Assembly: GCA_050951805.1 (NCBI GenBank)
Contig: JBMNJT010000008.1
Coordinates: 64,001-128,000, forward strand
DNA from: Bacillota bacterium
GTDB taxonomy: Bacteria; Bacillota; DTU025
Length of the DNA stretch: 64,000 nt
Reading direction: 5' to 3'
This document shows, in pieces, positions 11,025 to 20,391 of the stretch; the first letter of the stretch is position 1, and the number at the start of each line of letters is the position of its first letter. Below the pieces are notes generated by a model. The model did no database searches and was not told the DNA's origin. It saw nothing but the letters and a program-made list of their open reading frames with translations. A program made the position numbers and the translations under genes.

Positions 11025-12226
11025 TCAAACAGATGGATCGGCTCCGGCAGCTGCAAGCTCATGATAAAGCCTGATTTCAAAAGAGCTGCCGGAGCTCTCT
11101 GCTTTCCACCTCAAGGCTGCCGCCGTGTCCCTCAACTATAGATTTGGCCATGGACAGGCCAATGCCGAAAGCTCTCCTTTTGGGCGTTTTGGCTCTTAAA
11201 GAAGCGATCGAAGATGTGCCTTAAGTCCGCTGCCGGAATGCCGGGGCCATTATCCCGAACTGTTATGCTTTGGTAGATGGTATTCTCTGAAAGCTGGATC
11301 TCAACAAGTCCCTTGTCATCAACGGCCTCCACAGCGTTTTTCGCGAGGTTCAAGACTGCTTCCATCAGCCACGAGCGGTCCCCTTTGATCTCGTAATCCT
11401 GGCCGGTCAGCCTCAAGTCGACCTGCTTTTGTTGTATCAGGCCTTCAATCGGTTGAATTGCTTCGTAGATCATGTTCTCAGCGCTAAAGATTTCGCTGCG
11501 AAAGGCAATAGCGCCGGCGTCGAGTGAGGAGAGCTTCAACAAGGCAGAGGTCAGCCTGTTTAGTCGATCAATCTCCTCATCAAGACGGGCGATGTATTCC
11601 GCCTGATTGGCTTCGTCCTGCTCAATTAAGTCCAGCATGAGCTGAATTGTGGTGAGGGGTGTCTTGATCTGATGGGTAATATCCTCAATGTTTCTTTTGA
11701 GAAGTGCGCGGTCAGCTAAGGCGTTTTCTCGGGATTCGCGCAGGATCAAGATGGTCTTGTAAATGTCATCTCGCAGCTGTCCAAAGAGATCATCGCGCAA
11801 GACCAATTTGTCTTCGCCACGGTGTAAGGCCCTAAGATAATCGGAAAGCTCGAGTAACTCCCTTTTGAGTTTCTTCTCTTCTCTGGCGCTCTGAAAAGAC
11901 ACCAAAAGTCCTGCGGCAAGAGCCAGGGCCAGATTAATCCATGTGAGCTTGTGCTGGTTTATATAGCTAGTTTGGGGCAAATAGCCATAGTTGCGCAAGA
12001 ATCTTGTGCCATCGGCTATCAGTTCATCTGGCTTTTCTTTTAGGGCAATTGCTAAATCTGTCTCGGTCGCACCTGGCGTATCTTCGGCTGAATGGTTGAT
12101 CAAGGCAGCTCCGGCAAAGAGGCTAAGGGCCTTTTCCCCTTCCTGCAGTGCAAATCCTGTAGCCAAGGACAAGAGCAAAAACGAGACGATAAAGGCAACG
12201 GCGCCCTCTGTAACCGTCTGTCTCAT
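11025..12226 (-). pseudogene. Sensor histidine kinase, frameshifted in the G2 box
   Basis: H-box DITHQIKTPLT, N-box, DNGPGI; GIGLSMAKSIVEGHGG lies in a shifted frame after about 11170. Confidence 0.82.
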
Positions 12227-12907
12227 CTGGGCATCTCTCCTTCGATCCAGCGATAGCCGATGCCTCGAACCGTCTGGATCTTGTTCTGGTAATGCCCCAG
12301 TTTGTGTCTTAGCCTTCGAATGTTAACCGACAGAGTATTGTCATACACAAAGTCTGACTCAAGACCCCAAACGAGGTCGATGATAAGCTCTCTAGTCAGC
12401 GTTCGGCCTGGATTCTCCATAAAAAGGCACAGGAGTTGAAACTCCTTTAAGCTCAGCTCTTCTTCTCGCTGGTCAATAAAGACCTTCTTTAGATTCTTAT
12501 CGAGGGTTACGCCATCGCTCTGCAAAATGCTCTGGAACTCGGGGTCCTTCTTCACCCGACGCAGAACTGTCTCAATTCTCGCCTTCAGCACCGGCAACTT
12601 GAAAGGCTTCGTGATATAGTCATCTGCTCCGGAGTCCAATCCACGGATGATATCCCCGTCGCTGTCCCTAACGGTTAAGCAGATAATGGGGATCGAATTG
12701 TTCTCTCTAACAAGATCAAGAAAAGCAAAGCCATCTCCGTCCGGCAAGTTCAGATCGAGAAGAATCAAGTCCAAATCATTCTGAAGACACGTTTTTGCCT
12801 GTGACAATGTCGGAGCCGGAAGAACCGTATAGCCTGTGTTCTCTAAATATCGCTTGACTGCGAAAGAGGATATTCTCTTCATCCTCTACCAATAGGATTT
12901 TCTTCAT
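12223..12907 (-). pseudogene. OmpR-family response regulator, frameshifted near the 5' end
   Basis: MKKILLVEDEE (ATG 12907) is out of frame with LILLDLNLPDGDG...GADDYITKPF...TVRGIGY. Confidence 0.82.
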
Positions 12908-13468
12908 GTTGAAAGCTCCCATCCGTGAATTAGCTTGGTGCGACCGCAACATTACCGAGAGCAATTGCATCCGGCTTGCCTTTTCTGTGTTTGCCGCAAT
13001 ATGTGCATGTACATTATACCGGGTTTTGCCCGGTCGCAATTGTGTTGGTCATGCTGAGTGTGGCGAATGGGACGGATGTCTAAGGGCCAACGGTAGATGG
13101 CGACGCGCAGTCCTAGGATGCGAGCTTTCCACACCGGGAGGGCGGGCGGAGTGTGCCGGCTAGCTAGAAGATGCGTGCAGGATCCTCATGCCCGGGACTC
13201 GAATACATGCCTGAGCCTTTCCAGCTGGGGACTATAGGTAGACAACCTCAAGGTGAAATCATGATGCCTCTAGTTACGACCAGGCATCCACGAGTCTTCC
13301 CGCTTAGCTTGACATGTGTAGGCGCATACGAGAAACCTGCGTATCCTATGGGGAGTTCTTTGTCAGCTGCAGCGGCAATGATAATGCTTGCATGCCTCAA
13401 TTCTACTTGCTGTATGAGCTCTTGAGGCCGACTCGTCAGCCATGTGGCGGGTGGGTCGACCGCCAGCG

Positions 13469-13749
13469 ACACTACGATTCTTTCGCAGTGTTTTTTCTTA
13501 TACTACGAAAAAGTCGTAGTGTTAGAATGCAAGTTAACATAATGTAAGGCTGGTTTGGTTTATCTGGATGCCAGGCGGCATTCTATTCCTTTTATTGGCT
13601 CAACATGTCACCTGATCGAGCTCAACAGGGGGGAATTCGATCTCGGCACGCCGTAATAGACATTATCCCCCAAAGCTTACCTATAACTGTAATCGTGTCT
13701 GCGAAATATTCGTAGTGTAGCAAAAAATGCTACGAAATACTCGCCGTGT
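13469..13749. promoter_or_regulatory. Four palindromic sites, consensus ACACTACGA-N5-TCGTAGTGT, in two pairs
   Basis: Copies at 13469-13491, 13500-13522, 13696-13718 and 13727-13749; 31-bp period within each pair. Confidence 0.7.
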
Positions 13750-13997
13750 TCCCTTTATATCCAACCAACCTCAGGTCGATACTGGAGGCATCGGCAAGTG
13801 TGGCTTCAGGGGCGCCCGTCTGTGACCTGGAAATCTTCCGGCAGGGTTGCGGCAGAGTAGTGACATTTGGGCTGTGCTTGGGCCACTTCGACCGGTAACT
13901 GCCTGCTCCGGGCATAAGCAAATTACCTGAACGAGGCCGTGTTGCTTGCCATAGAATTTGATATCTGCGATAGCGAGGCCTTGCGGAGGTGCTTTTC

Positions 13998-16106
13998 ATG
14001 GCGATACCGGATGTGAGCGCAGATGATATTGTGGCTGTGCTTAGGGAGTTTGATAACGCCAAGCGCGATACTGATGCCTGGCGTGGGTGGGAGACCCGTC
14101 GAAACCATGTGTACGCCATATCCTGGAATGGCAGGTTTTATCCTGTAAAAGAGACGATCCGCAGTGCCACAGGCGGGCTATCCGAGTTCGGCGGGGGTGC
14201 CCAGGCAAATAGGTATTTAAGAGAGCGGGGCTTTGAGATCGTCCCTTTGCGCCGTGGCGATCTGGCGATTTCGCCGGATGGTTTGTCCAGGCTTGACTGT
14301 GCACTGGACAGGTTCGCAGAGTTCCGTCGGGTTGACGAACCGCGCTATCTTGCGGATGAGCGAACCTACAAGGTTGATCTGTTCGATCATCTTCGCAAGA
14401 TTTGGGACAAGCTGTATGAAGACCCTGAGGAGAGCAAGCAGGAGCTAGTGGGCCTGATGCGGCGGGAGGGTGCAGATGCCAAGCTCGTGGCGGCCATCGA
14501 CAACCTGCTTGGGGGGCGCGGATTTGCGACCAGAGATGATTTTGCCATCTACCTCGAGAACATCAGCGGTGACGAGTACCTACGGGACATGGGTGAGCTC
14601 TTTGAAGGGGATGGAGCTCCGTCTGCCCGGTTGGACGAGTTTCGCAAGTCGGTGAATAGCGCCTACGCGCACCTTTACGACGAGGGAAAATTCCACAGCG
14701 GCAAGAAGACGAGGCCACTCCTGCAACAGTGCTTTGCGGCTATCCTTCTAGCCTCATATGACCCGGATTCCTATATTCTCTATCGCTATACCGAGTACAA
14801 GAAGACTGCTGAATGGATTGGCCTGACAGTGCCTTCAACCCCCGAGCAGTGCTATACGCTCTATCTGGACATGGCCATGTACATCTTGGACCGTGCAAGA
14901 GAGGGCAATTGGCCTGTTTGGGACCTGGTGGACGTGCACAACATGATCTACATGTTGTGGAGGTACGATGAGTTCAAGGATCTGCTGACTGAAGATGAGA
15001 GAGTCGTTTCCGGTGAATCGGTCTACACTTTCATCAGGAAGCATCACTTCATCTTTCGCGATTGGCTCGTTACTGATTATATTCTTTCTCTTGCCACCAA
15101 ACCGTTCGTGATTCTGTCGGGGATATCGGGTACAGGAAAGACGAAGCTGGGCCAGCTTGTAGCGGAATATGTAGTGCGTGCCACTGGCGGGCGGGCTAAA
15201 AAGGCATTTGTGTCTGTCAGGCCGGATTGGACAGACAATTCATACCTCTTGGGCTGGTACAACGCAATAGCTGAGCGGTATGAGACCACGGCGGTTTTGG
15301 ACTTGATTCTCGAGGCGCCCGGTGAGCCCGAGGTTCCCCACTTCATCATCTTGGATGAGATGAACATTGCCAAGGTAGAGCACTACTTCTCGGATTTCTT
15401 GAGTGCCATGGAAAGCAGGTGGATTGATGCTGGTGGCAAGGTTCATCAGGAGCCGATCCGCCTTCACAACCAGGGGGACGAGGGAGAGTGGGGTCCTGGC
15501 CCTGGTGTGCCCTCTGAGATTGCTCTCCCGTTGAACGTCTATGTAACAGGTACTGTAAATGTGGATGAGTCGACTTACATGTTCTCGCCGAAGGTGTTTG
15601 ATAGGGCAAACGTGATCGAGTTCAACGATGTTTGCCTTGACCCGGACCTCTACAGGCAGATGGAGATTCCGGGCTCGGAAGGGTTCGTGCTCCGCTCTGA
15701 TGCGGATCTTGCAGAGATCTTAGGGCCACACAAGCCTGCCTCCCCAAAGAAGCTGGTTGAGATGAAAGAGGTTATGCCGGAGCAGCATCGTCTCCTGCTG
15801 GCGGTCCATAACGCGCTCAGGCCTTACAACATGCATTTTGGCTACCGTGTTGCCAATGAGATCGCCGCGTACATGCTGAACGCTCGGGAGTTTTGCGAGG
15901 GGGGCGATGAGGTGCTGCCATTTGCCTTCGATATTCAGGTGCTGCAGAAGATCCTGCCCAAGCTGCATGGAAATGCCGCACAGCTCCTTGAGCCTATGGA
16001 AAGCCTCAACGCTGCGCTGCCGGATTCATGCTCCATGAGCCGCGCCAAACTGGCACGCATGAAGATGCGGCTGGAGCAGGTGGGGTTCGCATCGTTCATA
16101 GAGTAG
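13998..16106 (+). CDS. mcrB: McrB-like AAA+ subunit with a ScoMcrA-head-like N-terminal domain
   Basis: ILSGISGTGKT, VSVRPDWTD, FIILDEMNIAKVEHYFSDFLS, GTVNVDEST, QKILPKLHG; ATG 13998 after GGAGG. Confidence 0.85.
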   Translation: MAIPDVSADDIVAVLREFDNAKRDTDAWRGWETRRNHVYAISWNGRFYPVKETIRSATGGLSEFGGGAQANRYLRERGFEIVPLRRGDLAISPDGLSRLDCALDRFAEFRRVDEPRYLADERTYKVDLFDHLRKIWDKLYEDPEESKQELVGLMRREGADAKLVAAIDNLLGGRGFATRDDFAIYLENISGDEYLRDMGELFEGDGAPSARLDEFRKSVNSAYAHLYDEGKFHSGKKTRPLLQQCFAAILLASYDPDSYILYRYTEYKKTAEWIGLTVPSTPEQCYTLYLDMAMYILDRAREGNWPVWDLVDVHNMIYMLWRYDEFKDLLTEDERVVSGESVYTFIRKHHFIFRDWLVTDYILSLATKPFVILSGISGTGKTKLGQLVAEYVVRATGGRAKKAFVSVRPDWTDNSYLLGWYNAIAERYETTAVLDLILEAPGEPEVPHFIILDEMNIAKVEHYFSDFLSAMESRWIDAGGKVHQEPIRLHNQGDEGEWGPGPGVPSEIALPLNVYVTGTVNVDESTYMFSPKVFDRANVIEFNDVCLDPDLYRQMEIPGSEGFVLRSDADLAEILGPHKPASPKKLVEMKEVMPEQHRLLLAVHNALRPYNMHFGYRVANEIAAYMLNAREFCEGGDEVLPFAFDIQVLQKILPKLHGNAAQLLEPMESLNAALPDSCSMSRAKLARMKMRLEQVGFASFIE

Positions 16107-16164
16107 GGGGGCGGTGGGGTATGGCGACGATGTCCATGGATTTTGACGGGCTGCAATCGCGTTC

Positions 16165-17784
16165 TTGTCGCAGCAGATATGGGCGATTCCTATTGGCAAG
16201 ATGATGGGTGCAAGGATGCCGGCGCCAATCCAGGTGATTTCGCCAGCTCGCAAAGGCAGGGGGCTCGATGTGAGGACGGCGTCGTTCAGGCTTTCGTCTG
16301 ATCGCACCTACTATCTCTACTTTGAGCCTGGCAATGTTCCGGGATGGGTGGAGAGCTCGCCTTTTCTCCAAAGGTGTGGGGAGCTTGACCTGTTTTTGCT
16401 CAACCTGGTGAACTGCGTGGGGATGATTCGGCTTGGGCCGATTGATCTGGATGTAGAGTGCACGAAGCTTTCTTCGGCAGAATTTCGGGGGCTTGTTAGC
16501 GAGGTCTCTGAATACCTTCTGCAGCTGCCGTTTGGCTACAGGGGGGCGGGGGCCGGTTATGAGCATGTCCTCAAGTTTGAACGGAGCATTGACTACCACA
16601 CATTGGTGCATGCGAGCAATCTGCTCAGGTCAAATCGGCTGCAGGCAGCAGTGGCACAGATTACTGCCGACCCTCATGTGTTGTTTGTCAAGGAGCGACA
16701 GCGGGTGCGCGTGGAGCGGGCGCGCCGTGCAGATTCGGTGACCGTGAGGGATATATGCGTTTTACCCCGCCATTTTGAGCCTATCCGTCCGGGTTCGCCT
16801 CTGTCAGTGAGTCATCTCTGCACGCGGCTGGAAGGGAAGCATTTCCCGGGCCAGATCCTGTCGGGCAGCATGGTTCCAATGCTTGATAACGAGGAGAATC
16901 AGTTCGTTCGGCATACGCTCGAGTCGATCCTTCGAGCCGTGGGGTCAGTGCTGGCGGCCGCCCAGTCCACGTCTGATATCCGTGATGAGGCTCGCTGGAT
17001 ACAGAAAGAAGTCGAGTGCTTGCTCGCTCATGACCTCTTCCAAGAGGTATCAAGGCCGCGCTGGCTGAATCTTTCATCCCAGGTATTGCAGCGCAGAGCG
17101 GGCTACCGTGAGATGCTGATGTTCCATTTGCAGATGGCGCTGCCGCCAACCCCTGCCTGGTCCCATGATCTCAAGCGGATTTTGGAGCTCAAGGATGTTG
17201 CCACTCTATACGAATACTGGGTGTTCGTGCAGATTGGCAGGGGTGTTGAGAAGATCATGGGCGCAGAATGTGTAGGGGCAGACGGGGTGGAATACGATCC
17301 TTTTGGTGCAAAGCTCCGCCGCGGAATTCGTGTCAGGTTCCCCGGGGGAGTGGAAGTGCACTACAATAAAGGAACCAGGGGATACTCCGGCCCATTGCGT
17401 CCTGATGTGATGCTTCTGACTCAATCAGGCATGTGGGCATTTGATGCCAAGTTCCGCCTGGACAGCGGTTCTGTTTCGGGCCATGCTACCAAAGCGGATA
17501 CGTTGGGCGCGATGAAGGATAGAGCCAGGGTTGATGACATAGACAAAATGCACACTTACCGTGATGCGCTCACCCCTGGTTTGAGAGGGGCTTATGTGGT
17601 GTATCCAGGCGATGAGGTGCTGATGTACCCTGCACCGGGGTCTAGTGCATGTAATGGCGGACCAGGTTTTAGGGACGGGGGTCCCTGGGTTGCCGTAGAT
17701 GGGGTAGGAGCAGTGCCGGCGAGGCCGGGCTCGGGCATGACCGGGCTGTTTGGACTGCTAGACAAGATATTGAGCCTTCGGTAA
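16165..17784 (+). CDS. McrC-like DUF2357 / PD-(D/E)xK nuclease
   Basis: DNEENQFV, LYEYW, RPDV...FDAKFR, DIDKMHTYRDAL; follows mcrB; start codon uncertain. Confidence 0.82.
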   Translation: MSQQIWAIPIGKMMGARMPAPIQVISPARKGRGLDVRTASFRLSSDRTYYLYFEPGNVPGWVESSPFLQRCGELDLFLLNLVNCVGMIRLGPIDLDVECTKLSSAEFRGLVSEVSEYLLQLPFGYRGAGAGYEHVLKFERSIDYHTLVHASNLLRSNRLQAAVAQITADPHVLFVKERQRVRVERARRADSVTVRDICVLPRHFEPIRPGSPLSVSHLCTRLEGKHFPGQILSGSMVPMLDNEENQFVRHTLESILRAVGSVLAAAQSTSDIRDEARWIQKEVECLLAHDLFQEVSRPRWLNLSSQVLQRRAGYREMLMFHLQMALPPTPAWSHDLKRILELKDVATLYEYWVFVQIGRGVEKIMGAECVGADGVEYDPFGAKLRRGIRVRFPGGVEVHYNKGTRGYSGPLRPDVMLLTQSGMWAFDAKFRLDSGSVSGHATKADTLGAMKDRARVDDIDKMHTYRDALTPGLRGAYVVYPGDEVLMYPAPGSSACNGGPGFRDGGPWVAVDGVGAVPARPGSGMTGLFGLLDKILSLR

Positions 17785-17804
17785 GACTCACACTAGAGAG
17801 GCAG

Positions 17805-18281
17805 ATGAAAGAGATCGTGGAGGAGAAGAGGAAACGCCTGGGCATAGTCCTTTGTGCCATAGCTATAGTCATGACTGTATTTGGACTCATAGAGACCAAC
17901 AGAAGTCGGAAGATAGTACAGATTCTCGACAACTACCACAGAGTTGACCGAATAGCCATTAACAGAGGCGATGTGGAGGCGGTCGTGGCCGGGGATGAGC
18001 TGGAGCGATACAAGGAAGCCTTTGAACCCCAAGTCATCTTGTCGGGGGATAGGAAAACGATCAACAGGGTTTTGGGGGACAAGTATCTAGAGATGAGATT
18101 CTTTATCGAGGATGAACTCCTGTTTAGCGCGGCCATTTACGAATTGACTACAGGCAGTAATGTTCCGGACAGTTTTGAAATGGGCAGCCGGAGATACATC
18201 ATGAAGGTCGGTCGAGACTACAGAAGCCTGAGCAAAAGCGACAAGGGATTCCTGCTGGAGGCAGTGACCGTGTCTGATTAG
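17805..18281 (+). CDS. Hypothetical protein with an N-terminal membrane anchor
   Basis: 158-aa ORF after AGAGAGG; basic residues followed by LGIVLCAIAIVMTVFGLI. Confidence 0.65.
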   Translation: MKEIVEEKRKRLGIVLCAIAIVMTVFGLIETNRSRKIVQILDNYHRVDRIAINRGDVEAVVAGDELERYKEAFEPQVILSGDRKTINRVLGDKYLEMRFFIEDELLFSAAIYELTTGSNVPDSFEMGSRRYIMKVGRDYRSLSKSDKGFLLEAVTVSD

Positions 18282-18395
18282 GCCTGGCCTGTGATCCCGG
18301 AACAATAAGCATCCATCCAGGATCATAGCGAGGCCTTGATCCAACCGCGTCGATGTTAAGGTCAGCGGTGGCCCAATGTATCTTGCCTATTCACC

Positions 18396-18975
18396 CTACA
18401 GGCTACGATAGTAGGCGCATCTCGATTTCAGCAGACAATCGCCGTATAGGGGATCCGTTTTCCGGTAGAGGTTTGCCGCGCTCGTCATCCCCAATGACAC
18501 GAGAACCGTGTCGACATAGCGAATAGGCACGTCAGCTGCGTCCGCAATGAGCCTTCCCATTCGAATGGCGTCTCCGTATGATTCTCCTCCGCCGTTTTCA
18601 CAAGACCCAGCCTATGCAGTACACGCATCACGTGAACGTCCGGCTTGATGAAGTTGAACCCGTAATCCATAAGGAAGTGCTTAGTCGTTGCCGGGCCGAA
18701 GTAGGCAAGACGATTCATGAGGTCAGCTTGCAGCCTATCGAGGTCATCCAGGATTTCCGCTGGATCGCATACGCCCTCAGGAAAACCTTCGTTAAAGGAC
18801 AAGAGATACGCGGAGAATGAACCGTACTGGTTAATGATGGTCTAAAATGACCGGGCGTTCCCGGTTACAGCCGTGATCTTTGCTCTATTTCGGATGAGAT
18901 TTGGGTTATCCATCAGGGCTTCAATCTGGTCGCTGTTGTAGGTTAACACCGTATCGATATCGGCGAGGGTGTTTT
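18396..18975 (-). pseudogene. Decayed Tag/HhH-type DNA glycosylase
   Basis: LIRNRAKI..V..NAR.F (Tag-like), in-frame TAG at 18842-18844, KPDVHVMRVLHRLG, frameshift near 18585, degenerate FeS-loop-like tail; 5' end missing. Confidence 0.7.
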
Positions 18976-18994
18976 GGCCGCAACCTAACCGGAG

Positions 18995-19091
18995 GAGGTA
19001 TTCTATACAGCGCGGTGGCTATGTCTTCTTCTTCAGACGATATTGTGACATTTCCACCGCCGATCTCTGCATTTCAATTCTGCCGAAAACA
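18995..19091 (-). mobile_element. Orphan left end of a related IS21 element
   Basis: 19044-19091 matches 2710-2757 at 41/48 positions by hand alignment; similarity continues through GGAGGTATTCT...GGTGG.TATG.CTTCTT. Confidence 0.8.
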
Positions 19092-19886
19092 GGTGAGTCA
19101 ATGGATGGAGCAGCGATTGCCAGGATCTTGTCTTCGCCTGGAGCTACCGACTAGTGGGATATCGCATATCGCCTCAGGTTACAGCCATTTCAGTAGGACT
19201 GAACATCCAAGCATTCCACCGGATGAAACAAGGGAGAATACGAAGATTGTCGAACATAACAAGGAAGGGTTTTCTAATATTGAATATGCTAGAGGCTCAG
19301 CGCCATCGACAATACAAAGGCGTACATCCTTTGTCAAACTTAGGATCGTCAATCGCCCAATGATGCCATGAATTCCGCACGACTTTAGTTCTTGGCAGGC
19401 GATCCGGTGTCTTGATCGGACGCGACTCTCTTTCAAATTGGCGACTGAGTTATCTGCCGTATGGATACTTTCTGCATAATATGTACACTGATGTGGCGCA
19501 AGGAGGTACCATTATCGAACAAATGGAACCATATGTAAGGCTAGACTACTGCCTCGGCGAGCCTATAGATGTAGCTTTCATCGAAAAGTGATTACAAGAC
19601 AGACACAGCACTCAAATACACTATCATAGCTGCACTCCAACACAGAAAGGGTTTCTCTTACATTCTGCTTATCCACATCATTCTTGCTTAGCAGCTGATC
19701 TAGTAATTGCCACAGTACACATCACGCTAACGCCTGGCAGGGATTGCCTTGCCCGGTCGTACTTACTATTTCGTCTTGAAGCTGAAGCACATACGAGTCG
19801 CATTCATGAAGTCTAGGAAACGTGGCTGTCCTGCGACCTTTAGCGGGTCCTAGAGGGCTACCTCGCTTTGCTGTTAGGGGGAAGAA

Positions 19887-20369
19887 GTGATCGAACGCAA
19901 AGACATAGCAGATGAGCTATTGGACTTAATAAGGCAAGCTGGAATGCTTTACTACAGACTTGTTCTCATTCTCGGGCCTGTAGGCTCTGGGAAGACTACG
20001 CTGCTGCGGTATGCAGAAGACAAGTTGAGTAGTCCAATTATCAACGTAGGCCTGGAGCTTTCCAGGAGGTTGATCAGTCTCACCGCCGAACAGCGGAAGC
20101 TTGAGATTGGGACAATCTTAGAGGAAGTGGTGGGTTCCACTAGGACTGACATCGTGCTAATGGACAACCTGGAGGTTCTTTTCGATCCAGGTCTTGAACA
20201 GGATCCACTTCGACTTCTTCAGGGATTGTCCAGAAATCGCACCATTGTTGCTACCTGGAATGGTTCGATTACAGATGGGCAGTTGATCTATGCAGAACCT
20301 CAGCATTTCGAATACAGAAAGTACAAGACACAGGATTTTTTGTTCCTTAACGTGGATGGGATTGAGTAG
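19887..20369 (+). CDS. brxF: BREX type 3 P-loop protein BrxF
   Basis: [39 protein letters not shown]; first gene of the operon. Confidence 0.88.
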   Translation: MIERKDIADELLDLIRQAGMLYYRLVLILGPVGSGKTTLLRYAEDKLSSPIINVGLELSRRLISLTAEQRKLEIGTILEEVVGSTRTDIVLMDNLEVLFDPGLEQDPLRLLQGLSRNRTIVATWNGSITDGQLIYAEPQHFEYRKYKTQDFLFLNVDGIE

Positions 20370-20391
20370 CAGAGCCGGAGGGGTGAAGGTG

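Noticed and set aside
13171-13472. Short ORFs left of the palindromes as the cognate regulator
   Set aside because: No HTH or WYL motif and no clear ribosome-binding site.
13469-13749. Palindromic repeats read as a CRISPR array or LexA boxes
   Set aside because: The spacers are only 8 bp, the copies are divergent and there are no cas genes; CGA-N5-TCG does not fit the Firmicutes CGAAC-N4-GTTCG box.
16114-16164. In-frame GTG then TGA upstream of mcrC read as selenocysteine or readthrough
   Set aside because: No catalytic context or recognisable SECIS; an uncertain start or a small lesion is more likely.
18842-18844. In-frame TAG in the glycosylase read as pyrrolysine recoding
   Set aside because: The same gene also has a frameshift, a 5' truncation and lost cysteines, so decay is the simpler explanation.
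19669-19677. TTATCCACA DnaA box upstream of brxF
   Set aside because: A single copy with no cluster or origin context; plausible by chance.
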